Assembly (NCBI GenBank): GCA_002104945.1
Contig: MCFH01000065.1
Span: 1 to 64,000 of the forward strand
Direction: 5' to 3'
Origin: Piromyces finnis finn
Lineage: Eukaryota; Fungi; Neocallimastigomycota
Length of the DNA: 64,000 nucleotides
The translations under genes and the position numbers were made by a program. Of the stretch, positions 55,642-64,000 are shown in pieces. A model generated the notes under the pieces. The model was not told the origin of the DNA, ran no database searches, and saw nothing but the letters and a program-made list of their open reading frames with translations. The first letter of the stretch is position 1. Each line of letters begins with the position of its first letter.

Positions 55642-57121
55642 TGTAAAAGTTTATAAAAAACAGATTATAAAATTTTACAATAAAACATAAAACACGAAAT
55701 AAATAAAAAGAAACAAGAAAAACAAAATCTATTTAAAAATATCTCTTTTATTAATTTTATTTAGTTATTAACTAAATAATAGTCAATAACAATTACATCG
55801 TTTTAATAAAGAAATTTTACATGTATTTATATTTTTCGTAAATTATATTTTAATATACTATTCTATTTAATTATACATATATTCAATATAAAATAAACAA
55901 AACTAATTTAATACTAATTTAATTAAATAATAAAATAATAAAACTAAACTAAAACTAATTAAATAAACTTTTGATTCAATTTGAGTAAACTGCAAATTGA
56001 ATACAGTCCATGTATTACCTATTGTAAAATATTAATCTTAAAACAGATTATATATTTAACAATAAAACAATTAAACACACGATAAAATAAAAATAGGAGT
56101 TTCTTTTTAAAAATTATCTTCTTTATTAATGGTTAGAAATAAAATAACAATTACATCGATTCAATTGATAAAATTTACATGTATTTATATTTTTTCGTAA
56201 TTATATTCTAATATATTATTCTATTTAAATAAACATATATTTAATATAAAATAAACAAAACTAATCTAATTAAATAATAAAATAATAAAACTAAACTAAA
56301 ACTAATTCATTATACTTTTAATTCAATTTGAGTAAACTCAAAATTGAATAAAGCTCAGGTATTATCTATAAATTAATTAAATATTATTAATACTATTCTT
56401 AATATATTTCCTATTGAAATATAAACACATCTATTTTTAAAACTCAGTTAAAATTATTAAACTATTCTAAATTTAAATAAGAAAGTATATTATTATTAAA
56501 CTATTCTAAAATTAAATAAAAAGTATTTAAAAAATATTTTAATTATTTAAAATATTTAGAATATTTAAATTTAATTAAAATTCTTTTATTCCTTAAATTT
56601 AAATATTTATCTTAATTTAAATTTAACGGAATTATTATAAAATAATTTATTATTAAATTATTCCATAAAATTTATTCAAAAATTTTATAATAAGTTTTAC
56701 TAAATATTAATTTATTATTTAATAATTAATAATTAATTATTAAATAATCTAAAGATATATATTATATCTTTACACCTATATATTAATTAAATATTAACAA
56801 TACTATTTAATATATATTTATAATCAAAAATGCTAATTTCAAACTACGCTAAAGTTATTAAACTAATTTTAATTAAATAAAAACTTTTTTAAGATTTAAT
56901 TTGAATATTTAAAATATTTAAATTTAATTATCCATTAATTTAAATATTTATCCAAATTTCATTTGTAACTTTGATATTTTAAAATTAATCTTTATTTAAT
57001 TATTCCATAAAATTTATACAATAAATTTTATAAATAATTTTTTATTAAAATATCAAAATTATTATTCAATAATTATTAATTAATTATTAAATAATTTAAA
57101 GATATACTTTATATCTTTACA
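55642..57121 (-). mobile_element. Older X-family solo LTR in D's RT/RH junction; TSD TCCGC/TCCTC
   Basis: TG...CA ends; flanks 55637-41 and 57122-26 differ by one base; contains a second X LTR. Confidence 0.8.
56023..56774 (-). mobile_element. X-family solo LTR (752 bp) nested in the older X LTR; TSD CCTAT
   Basis: Reverse complement of 45474-46224; CCTAT at 56018-22 and 56775-79. Confidence 0.88.
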
Positions 57122-57612
57122 TCCTCATGTTTCAGAATAGGAGCTGACGTGAACAGAGTTTTTAATAAAATAAAAGCGTCCTGATCTTCTTTCACCCAGT
57201 TAAAAGCAACATTCTTTCTAGTGAGTTTGTGAAGAGGGTTTGCAATTTTAGCAAAGTCTTTAATAAAAATTCTGTAATAGTTGCATAAACCAATAAAAGA
57301 CTGAACCTCTTTAACATTCTTGGGAACCGGCCAATCGAGAATTGCTTTAACTTTATTTTCGTCCATTTGTAACCCATCTTTTGAAATGACATATCCAAGA
57401 AAAGTGGTTTTCTCAACATCAAACTCGCATTTTTCTAATTTAACATAGAGGTTATTTTCAAGTAGTTTCTTAAGTACCTTTTTAACATGTTCATGATGTT
57501 CTTCGATATTATTAGAATAAATAAGAATATCATCAATTTATGAGATAACAAAATCGTCTAAATAGTCACTAAGAACATCGTTAATGAAGTGTTGAAAAGT
57601 TGCAGATGCATT

Positions 57613-59706
57613 CTATAATCCAAAAGGAATAATCAGATATTCAAAATGTCCATATCTAGTACGAAAAGCCGTTTTGTATTCGTCACCTTCTTTAATACGA
57701 ACAAGATTATAAGCGGATTTAAGATCTAATTTAATAAAAATCTTAGCATTTTTCACCCTATCCAAAAGGTCACTAATTAAAGGTAAAGGATATGAATTAC
57801 GAATGGTAATATCATTCAACTTTCTATAATCGATACAAAGTCTTAGGGAGCCATCCTTCTTTTTAACAAATAAAATTGGGGCACCAGCAGGAGACGATGA
57901 TTTCCTAATAAAACCTTTATTTAAATTATCATCAATATATTTTTTAAGTTCCTCTCTTTCAACTTCAGTTAATGGATACAAAGGTCCATAAAATAAAGTC
58001 GAATCATCTTTAAGTTTGATTTCACAATCATAAGATCTATGAGGAGGTAACACTTCACAATTTTTTTCATTAAACACTTCACTAAATTCTAAATATTGGG
58101 TTGGTACGGCGACCAATTTATCTTTATTAATATCTTTTCCATTATTATTATTATTACTACATGATTCGTTATCATTATTACATGTTTCATTAATTTTTGT
58201 TACAATACATTTAACTTTTTTATTAAAACTAATATATTCATCATCGCTATCATCTTCATCATTGATGGTTCTAACAAGGCGGCCTTTAACATATTCTTTT
58301 TCTTCATTGTTTGGGACAGAGGGATCTACTTTTGGCTTTTTGGTCAAGCTTCGGTCGAGAACATCATGATCTAACTGATCATTCTTTGACTTCTTTCTTG
58401 GTTTTCTCTTTCTTTTGCCTTTATTACAATGTCTGGCACAATAACCAGAACTAAAAGCGATTTTCTTAGAGTCGTAGAAAGCATTTGGATTATGCTTCTT
58501 TATCCACGGCAAACCAAGAATAACATCAACACCGGGGACTTGTAATCCATAAAGTTGAATTACTTCGAAGTGATTTTTGCAACGGAGCATGCACTTCTCA
58601 GTCCTTTCCCAAACACTAACAACTCCATCACTAACACCTGAAACACGGAATGGTTCCACTTTTTCCAAATTAATACCAAGGTCTTCAGCAAGACTTGGAT
58701 TAATGAAATTTAATTCAGAACCGGAATCAATTAAAACCTTAATTTTAACTTCCGAAACTTCATTGGTACTCAAGTAAAAATCCACAAGGTTTAAATCACT
58801 TTTCACTCCCTTGACTCCAACTTTGTAAATTTTTGGATTAACAATTTTTGGAGTCCTTTCTTTAACAATTCTTAACACTTTTCTGGGCTTTACTCTATTA
58901 GGACAATTAAATTTTAAATGTCCCGGTTGTTTACAAAGAAAACATAACCCTTTTTTCTTTTCTTCTTCAAAGTTATCTATGTTTTCATTGTAATTTTTAC
59001 TTGATCCTTGGATATTCACATACCTTCTACGCTTGTTTTCTCAACTAATTCTAAATACATCCACATCCATAGGATCATCAGCCCTTCTACTATTAAAATA
59101 AAATTCACTAAGCGAATTTCTTTTCATCATATCTTCAACTAAAATAGTTGAAGAAATCAATTGTTCAATTGAAGTTGGGTTTGATTCAATGAAAGCCAAC
59201 TTCTCCCTAAGTGGTGGTAATAAACCTTTCAGAAACATGTAGATTTTTGCGCTATCATTAAAGCTTGAATTTTGGCTAATACGTTGAAACTCGGTAATGT
59301 AATCTAATACCTGACCAAGTTTCCTTTGGCCAAGATTATCTAATTTTCCGTTAGCTACAACGGTATCGTATCTATAACTGCCAAAATTAGCCTTCAACCT
59401 ATCTACAAATTCATCATAATGATTTAAAACCCCACTATTATTCTTCATCAACACTGAAGCCCATTCCAAAGGTTTACCAGAGAAGTATGATATAACGAAG
59501 TCGACCTTGACTCGATCTGTATTATACAGTGTCGGTCGAGTACGAAATACCAACTCCACTCTAGTTAAAAATCCATCTAATCCACGTTGTTTACCAGAGA
59601 ATATCGGTGGAGCATTAATAATGTTCCCCGAGTTCCCGGAAACACCCACATTCCTATCACCCATTTCCAAATTCAAATTTTCAAATTCACTAATTAAACC
59701 CTCCAA
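57613..59706 (-). pseudogene. gag-pol: Element D gag-protease-RT N-terminal part with in-frame TGA at 59041-43
   Basis: Gag ends PMDVDVFRIS*, then the same frame continues [12 protein letters not shown]...[21 protein letters not shown] and RT start. Confidence 0.88.
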
Positions 59707-60684
59707 CTTACTAAAATAAATAAAATGTTTTCTTACTACTATTTCAAGTAAGTAATTTTTTTTTTTTTTTTTTTTTTTTTAATTATTTATAAAAGATAAT
59801 TTTAGTATATCTAACAATACAAAAGTTATTCAGACGCGTTCTGCAAAAGCAGTGTCGAACAAGTTTTGTACTACTAATCAATCCTTAATGGTTATTCTTG
59901 GTCCTTTCTTCCCACTCGGCGGCTGTAGATTCAATTTCAACCCAGTAGTTATTCCTTCTTTTTTCTTCTTTTACTCGGCGATAGACTCAATTTCAACTCA
60001 GTAGTTATTCCTTCTTTTCCTTCTTTTACTCGGCGGTAGATACCCTAACGTATTCTTGGTTTTCGTTAGGTAATTGTTATTGTAATGTTGACACAGAAAG
60101 AATAGATTAGGATATCTATTCTATTACAATAACACTAAATTTAAAATAAAAATAAAAAATTGTTTTATTAAAAATATCTTTTATTATAATAGAATTTTAA
60201 TAATAACAATTACATCGATAAAATGATGAAAAATATCTTCTATTTATATTTTTCCTAAATACATTTATATTATATTATAACTATTTATTTCTTATATATT
60301 ATTATTTAAAATCTACACTAAAATCTTAATTATTAATAAATATTTAAACTATAACTATTTTTAGTAAAATACAATTGGCAATTCAAATTAAGTACTATTC
60401 AATTTGAATATGTGCCCATGTATTATTGATATATTAATCATTTATTATTTATTTATTTCTATGAAAAAACAATACTAAAACTAGGGATTTAAATTGAGAA
60501 TATTAATTTACTTGTTAAACATTAAAAATAAACTAATAATTTATTTTGTTTTAAACTTTAATTATTAATAAATAAATTATGTCTCATTTTCTTTTTCTGA
60601 ATATAATTTGTGTAACTTAAACAATAATACTTGTGGCTTAAGTTACATTAAAGATATCAAACAGAGGCGTTTGATATCTTTACA

Positions 60685-61410
60685 ATATCTTTAGGTTATT
60701 TAATAATTAAATATTAATTATTAAATAATAAATATTTAGTAAAATTAATTAAAATTTTTGAATAAATTATTATGAAATAATTTAATAATAAATTATTTTA
60801 TAATTCCGTTAAAATTAAGATAAATATTTAAATTTAAGGAATGAAAGAATTTTAATTAAATTTATATATTTCAAATATTTTAAATAATTAAAATATTTTT
60901 TTTAAATATTTTTTATTTAAATTTAGAATAGCTTAATAATTTAACTTAGTTTTATAAATAGATTTGTTTATATTTCAATAGGAAATATATTAAGAATAGT
61001 ATTGATAATATTAAATTAATTTATAGATAATACATGGACTTTATTCAATTTTGAGTTTACTCAAATTGAATTAAAAGTATAATGAATTAGTTTTAGTTTA
61101 GTTTTGTTGTTTTATTATTTAATTAGATTAGTGTTGTTTATTTTATATTAAATATATGTTATTTAAATAGAATAATATATTAGAATATAATTATGAAAAA
61201 ATATAAATATATGTAATTTTTGTTTATTAAATCGATGTAATCGTTATTTTCAATTTTTTAATTATTAATTATTATATAGTTATTAATATTTTTAAGAGTT
61301 TAATAAAAATGTTTTTTTAAATAAATTTAATATTTTATTTTTTATTTTTGTGTTAATAAAAATTTTTTTGTTTTAAGTATAAAATCTGTTTTAAATTTTA
61401 TACTTTTACA
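60685..61410 (+). mobile_element. X-family LTR missing its first about 15-18 bp (cut by D's 5' LTR)
   Basis: Colinear with 45490-46224; ends TACTTTTACA. Confidence 0.7.
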
Positions 61411-63053
61411 GTAACATTAAGAATTTTTTAGTGCCATTTATTATTTTAGTTTAGAATAGTTCATAAAAATTTAAAAGTATGGAATTAAGCTTTTAAAATT
61501 TGAAAATATTATTTAAATAACAAAATTCTTTTATTCTTACTTAAATATTTATTTTAATTTAAATATTAATTTTAAAATATCAAAATTAAAATTGAAATTT
61601 GGATAAATATTTAAATTAATGGAGAATTAAATTTAAATATCTTAAATATTCAAATTGAATCTTAAAAAAGTTTAATGACTTTAGCGTAGTTTTAAATTAG
61701 CATTTTTTTAATAGTAAATATATAATAAATAGTATTATTAATATTTAATTAATAAGTAATAAATGAACTGTATTCAATTTGTAGCTTGCTAAAATTGAAT
61801 CAAACGTTTAATGTTTTACTATTTTATTAATATTTAGAATAGTTTTGTTTATTTTATAAATGTTTTTGAATAAAATAATATATTAAAATAATTTATACAT
61901 TTAAATATTTATTGAATCTAATTGCTTTTTAATAAATCAATAATTAAAAAAGTTTAAAATTTTTTTATGAAATGTCTAAAAATTAAATGAAAACAAAAAA
62001 AAAAAAATTAAAATTAAAATTAATGATGAATCATTAATGAAAGTAATATTAGTAATAAATAATACCATAAGATAATACTCCTAGTGCACCCTCAAATATT
62101 ATTCAGGTGAAAAGAATTTTTTATAATTTTTATTCATAATAAATTAAATAATATTTGTGCGCCTATTGCTCCACTTCTTAATATTTACTTTAGAATTTCC
62201 ACTTTTCCAAATCCATGTAGTCCGAAAGTTCCAAAAAAAAATTTTAAAATGAAATTTTTTAAATAACGAAATAAAATTTTTAAAACATTTTTCAAAATTC
62301 AAATTTATTTTTAAAATTTTTTCATTTAAATCTTGGTAATAGGCATACCACTATCATTTACTAATATTACTGTTTTATGTGATCATTAGTGAATTACAGA
62401 ATTTAATAATATAGGACTTTCCTAATTTAATAAATTTAAACTAGATTACAACACAAAATGAAATATCATGTGACATAATGATAGACACATTTTATAAAAT
62501 AAACTTTGGGGAGAATAGTATGTTAAGATGTTAAAGGTAGCAAAACAAAATTTAATACGGTTTAAAAAAGCATAGAAGTAATGGAATATTACTGTTGATA
62601 AATTCTTAAATAATATTAAATCATTTAAATATAAACCATGTATTTAATATATTAAAGAAAAATAAAATCATGAAATGAACAATTGCATTTATTCTATAAA
62701 TATTTTATGCTATATATAAGAAATTATTAAAAATAAGTGAAGTTATTACTTTTATTGTGATGTTTATTTACTTATATGGTTTGCTTCATATAATAATACA
62801 TTGAAAAAGAGAAAATAAGATACACTGATTTTGACTATTGAGGTTTCGAAATTATAAATCTACTTCAGAAGGTAGAACACTTATAAACAATAATCTATTT
62901 TATTGAGTATTTAAAAGTATACTAGTGTGGCTTCATTTACTATTGAGGCTGAGCATAATGATTGTCCAAGAACTATACATATGGTCACGTGATATTTTTT
63001 AAAAGTATAGCCATGAACTAAAAGGGTTGAAAATATAATTTTAATTCAAAAAT

Positions 63054-63661
63054 TGTGAGGAAACAATAATTAGTTAAAACATAGTAATTAATATTTTTTA
63101 GTTTAATATTTAAAATATATTAAATTTACTTTCAATTTTTTTAATTTAAGTATTTTAAAAAGAACTTTAATTTTAAATATTTCAAATATTTTTAATATTT
63201 AAAATAATTATAAAGACTTTTTTAGAATAGTTTAATAATTTTAACATAGTTTTAAAAATAGATTTGTTTATATTTCAATAGGAAATATATTAAGAATAGC
63301 ATTGATAATATTAAATTAATTTATAGAAAATACATGGGCTTTATTCAATTTTGAGTTTACTCAAATTGAATTAAAAGTATAATGAATTAGTTTTAGTTTA
63401 GTTTTGTTATTTTATTATTTAATTAGATTAGTGTTGTTTATTTTATATTAAATATATGTTATTTAAATAGAATGATATATTAGAATATAATTATGAAAAA
63501 ATATAAATATATGTAATTTTTGTTTATTAAATTGATGTAATCGTTATTTTCAATTTTAATAATAAAATAATAATTTGTGATAAAAAATAATTATTTTTTA
63601 TTTTTGTGTTTAGTTGTTATATTGTTAAATATATAATCTGTTTTAATATTATTATTTTACA
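63054..63661 (+). mobile_element. Diverged X-family LTR copy
   Basis: Shares long blocks with 60900-61400 (TTTATTCAATTTTGAGTTTACTCAAATTGAATT...); ends TTTTACA. Confidence 0.6.
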
Positions 63662-63718
63662 ATAACTATTCAATGAAAAAACAATAAATTATGACCACTT
63701 TTTCTATTCTAGTTTAAT

Positions 63719-63998
63719 ATTGTGGCTTAAATTCTATATGGTATTTAGTTATCATGTGATTTTGGAATGGAAAAGTCTTAAAAAACGAGTGTAATTCATG
63801 AGGTAAAAAGTATTATATAGTCTTTTTATTCTATTCTATTTTTTTGAATAAATTTTGAACAAAATACCTCTTTTTTTTAACTTTTTAGAAAAAAGAATGT
63901 AAAGTAGCATGGCGTTATTAAATTTATGTAATAATTACAAGACGTATTATAAAGTAAATGTAATATGTAGTTAAATTTTGATTAAATTTAGCCACAAT
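63719..63998. mobile_element. Possible MITE-like element with about 15-bp terminal inverted repeats
   Basis: ATTGTGGCTTAAATT at about 63719 versus AAATTTAGCCACAAT at about 63984-98 (1-nt indel). Confidence 0.3.
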
Positions 63999-64000
63999 AT

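Larger units (their letters stand above)
45099..60684 (-). mobile_element. Gypsy element D (degenerate chromodomain, inactive), carrying F and four solo LTRs
   Basis: 5' LTR 60081-60684; 3' LTR 45099-47081 (interrupted); PPT AGAGAGAGAGAT. gag 59706-59041; pol pieces 59019-57127, 55641-55560 and 49048-47118 join across the insertions (APILKH|ADSNKQFIVETDAS...EFDGR|LHPIAF). Internal stops include YIDD to *IDD. Confidence 0.88.

Noticed and set aside
62700-63030. Coding-like fragments between X LTRs
   Set aside because: Multiple stops and no motif I could recognise, so no product call can be supported.

Overview
Very AT-rich, intron-containing eukaryotic DNA, almost certainly from an anaerobic gut fungus (Neocallimastigomycota), judged by fungal non-catalytic dockerins, a CotH-dockerin-CBM1 gene, CBM18 domains and a bacterial-type Nudix gene. 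The window has two halves. From 1 to about 30 kb there are host genes and pseudogenes: CBM18 pseudogene, CotH kinase-3x dockerin-CBM1, two single-pass membrane proteins, a DDT/WHIM-like nuclear protein with long Asn-rich repeats, and a Nudix hydrolase preceded by a Shine-Dalgarno-like sequence. This half also holds an endogenous CRESS-DNA (circular Rep-encoding ssDNA) virus fragment at about 11.43-12.87 kb with an unbroken HUH/SF3 Rep frame and a convergent second ORF. From about 30 to 64 kb there is a nested stack of at least 12 LTR insertions whose order can be read from target-site duplications: an old copia, chromovirus-type gypsy A, intact gypsy B (tRNA-Ala PBS, -1 slippery site), broken gypsy D, intact gypsy F with apparently identical LTRs, and several solo LTRs. 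The most unusual signals are: (i) a tRNA-shaped A-box/anticodon arm/B-box/T-tract cassette with a covarying hairpin inside the U3 of the A and F LTRs; (ii) Tf1-like self-priming PBS/LTR complementarity in three families, each with its own 10-11-mer; (iii) the endogenous ssDNA virus. All coordinates and comparisons were read by eye and no database searches were run.
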